Source: a virus (lineage: Duplodnaviria > Caudoviricetes). From it: a stretch of DNA of 39,402 nucleotides. The stretch spans positions 1 through 39,402 of IMG/VR virus record IMGVR_UViG_3300005077_000043, one strand, 5' to 3'. Shown here piece by piece: positions 17,665 through 28,600 of this stretch (the stretch's first letter is position 1; each line of letters opens with the position of its first letter). The position numbers and the translations under genes are program-made. The notes below the pieces were generated by a model. That model was not told the origin of the DNA. It saw nothing but the letters and a program-made list of their open reading frames with translations, and made no database searches.

Positions 17665-20309
17665 AGCGCTGGATACTACTGATAATCGCATTGATGAGTT
17701 TCTTGACGGCGGTATGGGGTCAGGAGTTTCAGGAGTCCGAGGTTTCTAACTTCTCCGGTGGTTTGGTCAATTCAATCAGTAATTCCGTGATGCGACCGAA
17801 CCAGGCGCTTGTTCTTGATAACTACGACATCGACAAATACGGCAATCTCAAACGACGCCCCGGAATGAGGTTAGTATATTCCGGTTCTGCAATTAACGAG
17901 TATGCTGCCCAATCGTTGATATCATATTATGGCCTTTGGTCGGCAAAAAGTTTGTTGGTAATGAGGAATGATACATCCCGCCATTCTGAAGCGTTGGCAA
18001 AGGCCGGGTTCTCGTCGTTGTTCAGTTGTGACGATGGTGTCTGTACTACCTTTGTTGCAGAAGATTATTACCAGTGGCGTAGCGCTTTGTCGTACCCATA
18101 CAGTTATGATTATAGTATCGTGAACAATAATCTCGTAATCGCCAACTCGAATACTGAGTTGTCGGTTTATGACGGGTCAAAAAGAATGATTGCCCGGCCG
18201 TATATCACGGGGCAGCCGAGGGTGCATGTCCTTAACGGCGCCGGAACCGTAACCGGGTCAGTCCGATATCGGTACATATACAGTAATGACGGTTGCCCTG
18301 CGCCATCTACTCCGTCGTATAGTGTGACTCCGGTTAATGGAATGGTATTTGTAGACGGCCTGACGCCAGCCGGAACTGGTGATACTATCCGTGTTTATCG
18401 TGAAGATAATTTCGGGGAATCGTGGCACCTCATTGATTCGTTGGTCGGTGACACCGCATTTATTGATTCGATGTCATTGACAACTGCGGCATTACAACCG
18501 ACGATTGAAATCGAGTGGTTCCCCGGCAGGGCTGCCATCCCGAAGAATACCGATACCCTTGATTATGACTCCGCCTGCCCCGGTGGAATAAATGTCTCGA
18601 TTGCCGACTCAGCACATTATTCATTGATTGTATGTGAGAACGGGCGTGGTGGTTATTGTCATTATCCCTGGGGTATTCAGCTTTTACCGGTTGGCATGGG
18701 CCCCGACACCTGCACGAATCAGATCGCTATTTACGGTGAGAATTATTGGGCCGCGTGGTCTGTTGTATTTGTGGACTCCGCTGGTCGGGCGAGTTATATG
18801 TCCCCTCCAACCATAAGATTAATCGGGAATTATGATGATGAGAAGGATTCCATCGGTTATTGGGTGACAAAAGCTAATTTGACCAATATCCCCGTTCCTT
18901 CAGGGATTGATTCCGCATCTATTGAAAAGAAGTATTTGCTGCGGGCGTATATCGACCCAAACAAAAGGCAGGAGGACGGACACGGCATGCAGGAAAGTGC
19001 TTCATATATGGCGTGGGATAGTGGCCTTACATACATTGACTCAAAAATAGGGAAGTTTTATATTGTTGCCGAACTTGACCCCTACGATGCAACACATACT
19101 GACAGTATATCATTCGATATGCTCGGCGATAGTTACGGTTCGTTTTCTTTCTCCGAATATTGTGACCTCGACCCCCTTTATATAAAAGTTGATTCTGCCA
19201 GTGACACCTGTGGAACCGGAACCCCATATTATGCCTATCGCTACCGATACGACCTTGATTCAACGAGCGTCCTTGACGCTATTACCGGATACTGCCGGGA
19301 TGATTCGACGATTACGTTCCAGCCAAGCTCCATTGAATATCTCAATTCAAGGATGTATGCCATCGGTGATGGTGCGAACCGCAATAGAATCTATATGAGC
19401 GATTTCGGTAAGCCCACGACATGGCCTTCAGATAAATTCATTGATGTACCTTCCAATAATGGTGATTGGTTCAATGGTTTGGGCCATGTCGGTCAATCAC
19501 TGGTGCTTTTCAAATATAATTCAATCTATCAGTTTTCTGGTCTGACGTTATACCAATACACCATTAGCGAAATAAGTAATGACAAGGGGGCGGCATCTTC
19601 TCGTTCTATTGCCAGTTTTAATGGCAATGTATATTTTGCTCATCCGAGTGGTATATATTCGGTCCCATTTTTTGATAGAAATCAGAGTGCGCTTTCCATC
19701 CCGATTAAGCAGTCGATAGATTCGGTTGCGAATAACATCGGGTCGTCGTTCGGCAAAATCATCCAAGACGAATATTGGTTTTCATGTGGCGTAACGGATT
19801 CTCTTCCTTCTAAGACGTATATATATAATCCCTTGCAGGGCAACTGGCGGGTTTACGATTTTGGCCTGATAGATGTCGCGCAATACGACACCCTGTCTAA
19901 TGGTGCATCGTACTCAACCGATAAGTATATCTTTCTCCTGAGCGATGATTCCCTTTATGAATGGAATTATTTTGGAGATACCCTTGATGCTGGTGCGCGG
20001 ATCGTGGCCACGTATCAGTCGAAGTATTTTTTTGATGACGGCCTGTCTCGGGAGAAGATAGGGTACCTTGATTTTGCGGGAACCGGGAAATGTGATTCGA
20101 TGATAGTCACTCTGTTTGACAATTACGGCCAAAGGACAATTTCCTGCGATACCATTTCACTTGATTTTACGGATAGCACCCGGCAGAGATATCCTATTAT
20201 GCGCGTTGCCGTAAACCTGTCCGTGAAGCTGCAAGACCTCGGTTATGGCGATTATACTCTTGAGAAGTATGTCATTGGATACAAACATTGGGATGAGGGG
20301 AAAAAGTGA
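17661..20309 (+). CDS. Tail nozzle (tail tubular B / P22 gp10-like) with signal peptide
   Basis: MKRWILLIIALMSFLTAVWG|QE then NFSGGL...N..ID..GNLKRRPG; NRIYMSD...P..W, LVLFK..SIY, GA.S..SI propeller motifs. Confidence 0.8.
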   Translation: MKRWILLIIALMSFLTAVWGQEFQESEVSNFSGGLVNSISNSVMRPNQALVLDNYDIDKYGNLKRRPGMRLVYSGSAINEYAAQSLISYYGLWSAKSLLVMRNDTSRHSEALAKAGFSSLFSCDDGVCTTFVAEDYYQWRSALSYPYSYDYSIVNNNLVIANSNTELSVYDGSKRMIARPYITGQPRVHVLNGAGTVTGSVRYRYIYSNDGCPAPSTPSYSVTPVNGMVFVDGLTPAGTGDTIRVYREDNFGESWHLIDSLVGDTAFIDSMSLTTAALQPTIEIEWFPGRAAIPKNTDTLDYDSACPGGINVSIADSAHYSLIVCENGRGGYCHYPWGIQLLPVGMGPDTCTNQIAIYGENYWAAWSVVFVDSAGRASYMSPPTIRLIGNYDDEKDSIGYWVTKANLTNIPVPSGIDSASIEKKYLLRAYIDPNKRQEDGHGMQESASYMAWDSGLTYIDSKIGKFYIVAELDPYDATHTDSISFDMLGDSYGSFSFSEYCDLDPLYIKVDSASDTCGTGTPYYAYRYRYDLDSTSVLDAITGYCRDDSTITFQPSSIEYLNSRMYAIGDGANRNRIYMSDFGKPTTWPSDKFIDVPSNNGDWFNGLGHVGQSLVLFKYNSIYQFSGLTLYQYTISEISNDKGAASSRSIASFNGNVYFAHPSGIYSVPFFDRNQSALSIPIKQSIDSVANNIGSSFGKIIQDEYWFSCGVTDSLPSKTYIYNPLQGNWRVYDFGLIDVAQYDTLSNGASYSTDKYIFLLSDDSLYEWNYFGDTLDAGARIVATYQSKYFFDDGLSREKIGYLDFAGTGKCDSMIVTLFDNYGQRTISCDTISLDFTDSTRQRYPIMRVAVNLSVKLQDLGYGDYTLEKYVIGYKHWDEGKK

Positions 20310-20758
20310 TCCGATACGCGATAATCGCTTTATTGGCGACGGTTGTGATGGCGGCAGAACCGGTTCCCGATTCTGTCGATACGTCGTTTAAGGACACCGT
20401 GTCGACAATAACTCCGACGGTCTCAGAGCAAGAGATTCTTGGCAAGGTCAGGACGGTCTATGATGTTGAAGGCCGGCCGATCAATCAATCGCAGGAGGCC
20501 AAGGGCTATCATCGAGTTGCCGGAAAAGCTACCCTAAAAAATGGGGTCGATACGGTCACGATCAATACCTCGACGGCCGATGGGCGCCAGGATATGAGTT
20601 TTCTTGGAGATTCGACTTATTCCGGCATGGCATGGTCTTTGGATGCTGGTAATGGCAATAGATATTGGATAGTCCCGATTGGAGGAAATAAATTCGTCGT
20701 GATGTCAAGCGATACGACAGATAATGCGACGGTCAGGTTTCAGGTTGAAGGAGAGTAA
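20306..20758 (+). CDS. Needle/short fibre-position protein with signal peptide
   Basis: MIRYAIIALLATVVMA|AE; C-terminal G.ATL.NG..TV...F.V.SS...D.ATV beta domain seen in phage fibres. Confidence 0.6.
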   Translation: MIRYAIIALLATVVMAAEPVPDSVDTSFKDTVSTITPTVSEQEILGKVRTVYDVEGRPINQSQEAKGYHRVAGKATLKNGVDTVTINTSTADGRQDMSFLGDSTYSGMAWSLDAGNGNRYWIVPIGGNKFVVMSSDTTDNATVRFQVEGE

Positions 20759-20759
20759 A

Positions 20760-21380
20760 ATGGGACCATTGCTTGCAACGTCTCTGATAAGCGGCGGCTC
20801 GAAATTGCTTGGCGGCCTTATTGGTGGTCTCGGTGGAAGCGGAGGCGGCGCTCCGACGATTCCACCTTGGCTTATCGAGATGGCCAAAAAGCAGTACGAG
20901 ATGGACAATTACACGGGATTCTTGCCGGATAAGCAGGCTTACTCAGCATCGGCACAGGCGGCCGTCGATAGTGTAATGTCCCGCCTGCCAATCTCGATGG
21001 AGAGCTTTAACGCCGATTTAGCATCGCGGGGGATATATGGCGCAGGAGAAGCACCCAAGTACATGTATCGTGATGTCATTGCCCCGGTCGCCCAGGCCGC
21101 CACAAATGCGGTGGCCCAATCCGAACTCGAATATGCTCGGGCGTATCAAAGTGGAAGCATTCAGGCTGCCCAGATGAAGCAGAACGCGTTCAATGTTCTA
21201 TCCGGCCTTGTCACGGGGAATGTCGGGTTGGAGCGGGAGAACTATGGTTACGAGCAGTCCGGCCGAAGCCAATTCTTTGGTGAACTGGGTAACATCTTTG
21301 GAGATATCGGTGGTTCAATCGGCTACGCAGTATTGATGGAGAAAATCTATGGCGGCGGTTCCGATGGAGGATACCAATAA
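20760..21380 (+). CDS. DNA ejection/pilot protein 1
   Basis: Gly-rich hydrophobic N-terminus, LASRGI.G motif, A/Q-rich helices, no Cys; AAGGAG SD before ATG 20760. Confidence 0.7.
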   Translation: MGPLLATSLISGGSKLLGGLIGGLGGSGGGAPTIPPWLIEMAKKQYEMDNYTGFLPDKQAYSASAQAAVDSVMSRLPISMESFNADLASRGIYGAGEAPKYMYRDVIAPVAQAATNAVAQSELEYARAYQSGSIQAAQMKQNAFNVLSGLVTGNVGLERENYGYEQSGRSQFFGELGNIFGDIGGSIGYAVLMEKIYGGGSDGGYQ

Positions 21381-22639
21381 TGGCTTTCAATTTCAATTCA
21401 GCCGCGGCCGGGATGAAAGGCGCCGGGGGCGGAGTGGCCCCTTATCAGCAGTCAATTTTTGAGTTGGCCGCCCAGAAGCGCAAGGACGACCAGAAGGCAA
21501 AAGGAGTCACGTCGGCGTATCGGACCCTCTTCCCAAATCTATCGTCGGAACAATCGGATGCGATGGGTATGCTGGCAATGATGGGACAAAATCTACCACC
21601 TGGGATTACCGACCAGATTCTCAATAAAGGCGTGAAAGATGAGTGGATGAAGGGCCTCGACCCGGAGACGCGGCAGATGCTTCAGGGCATGCCTCAGAAC
21701 GTCAAGGACAAGGCCGCCATGCAAATGTTCACTCAGAAGCAGATTTCAAACGAGGAAGATCGCCTTGTCGGGAATCTGATGGCCTTAAAGTCGCAGTTGA
21801 CGCTGCGGGCAGACGGGACGGTTGATTGGCAACGGACCCCGCCTGAGTTAGCGACGCGATATTCCAACGCGGTTGACCAGTCAATCTCTGATCCGGCGAT
21901 GCGGAACTATTTCAAACATGGTCAGTGGGCCGATGCGGGCAAGGAGGGTTCGGAGAAGAAGCTGTACGGCTCGTTCAATTCAACTGAAGATGCCATGTTG
22001 CAGAACATCCTGAATGACCCGAAAAAAGCCTATTGGGAGAATCTGGACTCCGGAGAGAAGGCGTTCCTGATTGGCAAGAAAATCGCTGATGGTCCAGTCG
22101 ATTGGCAAAAGAAAATGGGCACAGGTGAGATTGAAATGATGAAGGAAGCTGCCCCAAACGCCGAAAAACGAATTGGGGCGGCTCTGAAACTCCAACTTCC
22201 TTGGGGATGGACGGCCGACCAAGCATTTGAAGGGTGGCAAGCCGGTCTTCTTGATCCAAAAAAAGACCCGAAAACAGGAAAGGTCATTGATACATATAAG
22301 GGCATCCGCACGTTTCTTGAAGAGAATTATCATTATGGGACTAAAATGGTCAAGGATGAAGTTCTGTTCCGAGAAGCCTCAAATATGCTTGAAATCGGAA
22401 ATGCTATCGCGGACAACGCTAATCTGTCCGGCCCGTCGAAGCGCGTACATGCCGATTTGTTCCAGAAGTGGAAAGAGACCGAAGGACAGTGGTCGCCATT
22501 GCTCGTTGACTGGCTTGTCCAACAGGGCTATCCGCCCCTTGCTATTGAGCAGTTCAAGACGGCGTTCGAGTACATGAATAACAACGATACCGATGGCGCG
22601 ATTAAAGTAATCAAGTCGATGACCGGAGATGAAAAATAA
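21380..22639 (+). CDS. DNA ejection protein 2
   Basis: Helical, M/Q/G-rich, no Cys, middle gene of small-medium-large trio. Confidence 0.65.
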   Translation: MAFNFNSAAAGMKGAGGGVAPYQQSIFELAAQKRKDDQKAKGVTSAYRTLFPNLSSEQSDAMGMLAMMGQNLPPGITDQILNKGVKDEWMKGLDPETRQMLQGMPQNVKDKAAMQMFTQKQISNEEDRLVGNLMALKSQLTLRADGTVDWQRTPPELATRYSNAVDQSISDPAMRNYFKHGQWADAGKEGSEKKLYGSFNSTEDAMLQNILNDPKKAYWENLDSGEKAFLIGKKIADGPVDWQKKMGTGEIEMMKEAAPNAEKRIGAALKLQLPWGWTADQAFEGWQAGLLDPKKDPKTGKVIDTYKGIRTFLEENYHYGTKMVKDEVLFREASNMLEIGNAIADNANLSGPSKRVHADLFQKWKETEGQWSPLLVDWLVQQGYPPLAIEQFKTAFEYMNNNDTDGAIKVIKSMTGDEK

Positions 22640-25600
22640 TGGCTGACCCCGCCAACATGCCACATGGGATGTATGAAGAGTCCCAGGGATTTACGAAGAA
22701 ATGGTTTCGGGACGATCCCACCAAGTCGCAGAGCGTTTATGCTCTCGATTTCTCCAAGCGGCCGATGAATTCGGAGCCGTTTTCTTCGTATAAGCAGCGC
22801 ATGGAAGACACCATCAACGGCGTAATCAATTCCATCCCGCCCGAGGCTATCTTTGCCAAGACCAGTCCGGAGTTTCAGGATGCTGTCCGCCGGTTCATGG
22901 TCGACGGCGCCGATGGCGTGAATGATGAAGAAAAGACTCAGATACAGGCCGCTATGCGTGTTGGCATCCTACCGCCTGACCTTGAGAACAAGGGGTGGGA
23001 GAAAATCTTCAGGACTCCTGATGAAGAGTACGGGTTTCTAAAAGAAGTTGAGAAGACCGTGGACGAGGCTGATCGTCTGGGATTCAAGATATTCAAGGCG
23101 ATCACCGGAGACCCGGAATTATCAAAACTCCTTGAAGACGTTCTTTTTACGGATGTTCCGACCTTTGAGCCGGAGTTGGATGCGGCAGGGAAAGTCACGG
23201 GGGTGAAGCCGCCTAAAAGCGGTCCCTCGTCTGACCTTGAGTCGGCGAATGAGCTGCTTGATCGGTTCCTTGGTTCAATCGGTTTTGACAGGGAAACCGG
23301 AATGCGAGACCCTGATAGTTTCATCAACGTGGCAATACCGGAAGACCGCCAGAAATTCATGGATGCTGACTTGAAGCAGAAGATAAAGTATATCTTCGGA
23401 ACTCCGATGGGGATTATCGACAAGAACGTCTCGGGCATTCCAAAATTTTTGCTCAACGGCCTGAATGATATTGTTAATGGCGGCAAGCCGACAGGGAAGA
23501 ATGGTGAGCCGGCCGAGGAACCTTGGAAGGATAAGACCAAACGAATATTCACGAATTCTCTGCAACTCCTTCGTCCGATTGAGAATATGGTTATATTGCT
23601 TCAGCAGGGGGCCAAGGATGTGACTGGTGGGGTTCTGCCTGGTCCGCCAGCTTCGGATGAGCGCGTAAAGCAGGCGTATGTCGAATTCTACGACAATCCT
23701 CTTCTCCACTACTGGATGATTCGCGGCGGCATGTCAAAGGGCCTGAAGATGTATAAGAACGCCAAGGTCCGGGAATATGCGATTGCCCAATCCAAGGAAG
23801 CTCAACTCCAGCAACAAATCAACGATGCGGCTCAGGCGGCCGAAGATGCTCGGGTGGATGCCGGAATCAGGAAAGCCTTGGCCGATAGAAAAGAGGCTAA
23901 GGCTGCCGAAGTCCGGAAAGAAGTCGTTGACGAGACCGTGCAGGAATTCTCCGACTGGTCGAAGAAGCAGGCAGAAAAAGAGGCTCGGAGGGCCGCGCCA
24001 AAGGCGGAAGTTCCGGTCGAGGAGGTTAATCAGGCTCAGACCAACGAGATTCTGTCGAGCAAGCGGAATGATTTGGCCGCAAAGATCAAAGAGCGGAACC
24101 CGGAAGCGAATATCGATGAGATGACTCGGTATGAAATGGAATATCTGGAATCTGGCGGGAATATCAAACGGTATCCGAGATTCTACAAATCGGCCAAGGG
24201 TCCGGTCAAGGCCGGATTCTATGAGGGGGCCGAAGCCGAATGGATGCTGACCGGTGGCAAGAGCGGAACCGAGCCGTCAAACCCCATATATGTAAAGCCT
24301 ACATGGGAATACGAATCTTCCGCAAAGGTCAGGGCGCGGTTAGACCGCGGTGAACCGGCGTACACGAATCCCGATTATGTCCCCGAGCGATTGGCCCCTG
24401 AAGATATCGCCCCAAAAGTGCCCGTTAAACCGCCTGAGAAGCCCGTAGAGACGAAAACGAAATCAGAGCCACAACTACCCTTGGAAGAGCAGAAAGCCCC
24501 GGAGACGACGACTGGCACGCTGGAGGTGGCAAAGAAGATTGAGCCTGAAGAATGGTTCAGAGGTGAAGATAAAAGAAATTCTGGTGGTGGCGACAAATTC
24601 TATTCTGCCTCCGAGGATGTTGCTGGTAATTTTGGGAAAGTCTCAAAAGCCAATGCGTCTGATATGCCTAAGAACCCCCTTATTGTAGACAGTAAGGAGT
24701 CCCTCGCTGAAAGGATTGGGTATGATGGCGATCCGTTGGCCGAACCATTGAATGCCAAAGTCCGATTTGATGATTTGGCGAAAAGCTATGCCAAGAAAAA
24801 CGGACATGATGGTATTATTTATGAAAATGGCACGCTTGGAGAACGGGAGATGCACGTTTTCGTAGAAGGGGCAAAAAGGGTTGATTCTGATTCGAAATTG
24901 AAGCCTGGCAAAAAAACAGCCACCGGTCCCAAGCAGGAGCCGGTCACTGTCGTCGAGGACCGTGGCGATCTGGTCGACGTGAAGGGCGAGTTCGGTGAAG
25001 AGAAGACGGTCTCGAAACTTGACCTGACGAAAGAAGAGAAGATTACTCCGCCTGAACAGACAGAGGGCTACAAGGCTGGCCGAGAAGTTATTGTACCGAT
25101 GAAGGATATCAATGTTGACACGAAGCGGTTTCAGCCGAGAACCACAGAATTTTCAGAGGATTCGGCCGCTCGGCTTGAAGGGAATTACGATAATCGATAT
25201 TTGGACCCGATAGTAGTCTGGCGCGATCCGGTTGGTAAGAAAATCTACGTCTTGTCAGGGCATAGTCGATTTGAGGGGCTTGGTCGGGCAAAGCAGACAG
25301 AGGCGCCGGTTCGATTTTTTGAGGGAACCGAATCCGAAGCGATTCAGTATGCTCATGGATTAGCCAACGAAGGGGCCACCCCATTAACAATTCAGGCCAA
25401 GATTAAAAGCTATCAGACGCTTAAAAGCACCGGGATGGATAATGCGGGATTGAAAAATGTTTTTGGTCCCAATCTTCTGCCCCGTCTTGAGGCATATCAA
25501 AACTTGTCCCCGCTCGGAAAATTCATTGAGTACATGGATAATAAGAACACCGACTTGGCGACTCCGGGCATCAACCATTTTGCCCGATGGATAGGGGAGT

Positions 25601-28600
25601 TGCGCGAAAAGTATGGGGACAAACTGACCAATTATCATGAGAACCAATTATTCGAGTACCTCTATCAGAGCGGAAAAAATCATTATACGATGCCAAAGGA
25701 CAAATTCGTGGCCCTGATTGATAAAAACATGGGAGACGCTTTACGAACCCCAGAGATGCCACTTGATCTCGGGCAGGAAATGAATGTCGGTCTACATGCT
25801 CGGGCCGATACCGGTCCGATCGTGGCCGAAATTCGTCGTCAAAGGAAAATCTTCGATGAAGCAAAGGAGATGAGAAACAATGCCCAGACGGTTCAGGAAA
25901 TCAAGGCGCAGAGTGATATTATGGACGAGGCCCAACGTGAGATTTCCCGGTTGCAGGGCGGCATTGATGAATTGGTTGAGAAGCAGGGCGATATGTTTGC
26001 GGAACCGGCGAAGCCCTCGGGTAAGACCCCGCCGGCAGACATACCGGGGGCCGAGTTTGACAAGCTGTCTCCGGTCGAGAAGTTTTCTGTAATTCGGAAG
26101 CGCGTCAAGATGGCCGAAGAAGCCGGGGAAAAGAGCATGGTGGATGACCTGAAGGAAATCGTCAGGTCGGAGCCGGACGGCATCAAGTATTTCGAGAAGT
26201 ACGATGCTCTGGAAACAGAGGCAAAAGCCCGTCTACGAGAACTCGGTGAAGAGGCGATGAATAACCTGTCGTCCGGCGTTGATCCGGTTCTGGCCGCAAA
26301 GACAATCAAGGAACTGGCAACAATCGGTTACGCGAAGATGGCAAAAGGCTTACTCCGTCTCGATGATTGGTCCCGCGAAATGATTGCCGAACATGGCGAC
26401 AACATCCGGTCTATCATCCCTGAGATATATGCCAAAGCTCGCCGTATATTCCGTGGTCATTCTATGACCTTCAGAATGATCCGGAACCAGAAGGAGGCCG
26501 ATTACATTAAAATCACCCGGCAGGTCCGCGATGAGATTTACAAGGTCAACGACCAGACCCGGAAATGGGATAAGGAATATACTGAAGCCGAACGCAATGA
26601 TGTCGGAGCCATGATCGAAGGTATTGACAATATAGCCGAAAACAGGCCCCCGATTGTGAATGATAGAACGCGAGCCCTGCGAGATGCCTATCGGCCCTTT
26701 ATTGAGCAGCAGAGGCAGAACGTGAATGCGTACCTGGCTGGCTTCACAGAGGGCGAATACATTGACTTCACCGAGAATTATTTGATGCACCTGTACGAGG
26801 GGCGACCTGACCATATTAAAAATGTCGTCAATACGAAGCTCATTCACAGCCCGAGTGCCAAAGCTCGAAAAATGATCACCTTGAAGGAGGCGATGGGTGC
26901 CGGGCTGAAGCCGGTAACTCAGGATGTCTCTTATCTGACGAGGGTATGGGCCGATATGAACTGGCGAATTGCCGGAAATCGTAAGATTGCCAACATGCTT
27001 AAAAATTCCTTTGACGAATTCGGGAATCGTGCTTTGTCGTTAAAGCCACCGGAAAATTCAACTGGTTGGGAACGGTTCGATTCCCCCGCCCTGAAGCGTT
27101 CATTCGCTATGCAGGGGCCGCCGAGATTTGAAGTCCGAAAGAAAGGCGCTGCCAGGGCTACTCGAATCTTTGATACCCATGAAGAGGCCGCGTCCTTTGT
27201 CGCCACTAAAAGGAATCAATATTTTGATGTGAATCAGATCAAGGGTGATATGATCGTTCATCAGGCAAGTGTTTGGGTGGCGCCGGAGTATCGACGTATT
27301 GCTCACATGGCTTTTGATAATCCTTATGCCAAACGGGAGTGGTTGGGGTATCATTATGATGTCCTGAATGGATTGACAAAATCCACCGCGCTGCTTGCAT
27401 CGTTCTTCCACAATATCAACCAGTCTGAATCAGGTGTGGCGATGCTCGGCGTTAAAGAGATATACAATATCTCGACCGGCCGGGCCAGTTGGAAGATCGG
27501 GAAGAAACTTATTTCTGAAAACCCCGAGTTTGTCAGTGATGCAATTATGCACGGTCTTCAGCCAGCATCAAATATGCAGGCGGATATGGGATTCGGCCAC
27601 GTAGACCGATTCTTCCGTTCAACGGAAAATTATCTCAACCGAAAAAGTATTCCTTATGCAGGCGATGTCGTCGGTATTTTCCGGAAAGCCCATGACAAAA
27701 TGAATCGGCACCTTTGGAGTGATATCCATGAGGGCTATAAATTCTATACCTATTACAAGCTGACCAGTGACATATTGCAGAAATTCCCCGATGCGACTCC
27801 CGAGATGATTAAGCAAATCAAGGAATCGATTGCGGCCAGCATCAATAATGGTTTTGGTGGTCAGGAATGGGAATCGCATCTCTGGCTCAGGCCGCGAAAT
27901 CTTATGTATGCTCGCAGGGCCTTACTTGCCCCTGACTATACGTGGTCAAACCTTCGCATCGCCGGTGTCCAGACGAAGACGTTTACCGATCCGATTGCTC
28001 GCCGAGTGATGGCGAAGTATTGGGTAAATATGGCATTGGGTATTGGAGCTGCTACCGTTGCTTTGAATTACGCTATCACGGGGCACGGCCCTTGGGACAA
28101 TGAGTATGACCATAAATACGATATTGAGGTGACTCCGATAATCAAGGCCGGGAAGATGGTCTGGTCAAAGATGCCGTTGACCGAGGATTATGATTGGGAT
28201 GCTGATAAGACTCATTACTATGCCCGGCTCGGTAAGCAGGCGCGAGAGATTTTCGGGTGGTTTACCGAGCCTTGGAAGACAGTCGGGAATAAGATGGGGA
28301 TGTTGTCTCGTCAGGTGATTAATCAGGCAACTGGTACAGAAATTGGTTCCGGTTGGGAAATGCCGTGGCGCAAGGAAGACCTCGACCTTTGGGAGAATTT
28401 GGAAGAACGGGCCAAACATGCGGCCTCGATGTTCCGGCCGTTCTCATTCAGCGAATCGCAGTTTGCTTTCACCGTCCCGATGTACAAGGGTATGTCTCCC
28501 TACAAGGGCATCAAGGCGTATCAGGAAGCACTGGACGCGAAGTCGTGGACAGTATTTGGCGAACCGACAATCAAAGAGAACGCTATCCGGGAAATCAGCG

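Noticed and set aside
20760-20850. Signal peptide on ejection protein 1
   Set aside because: No basic n-region or cleavage site; Gly-rich hydrophobic start is typical of pilot proteins
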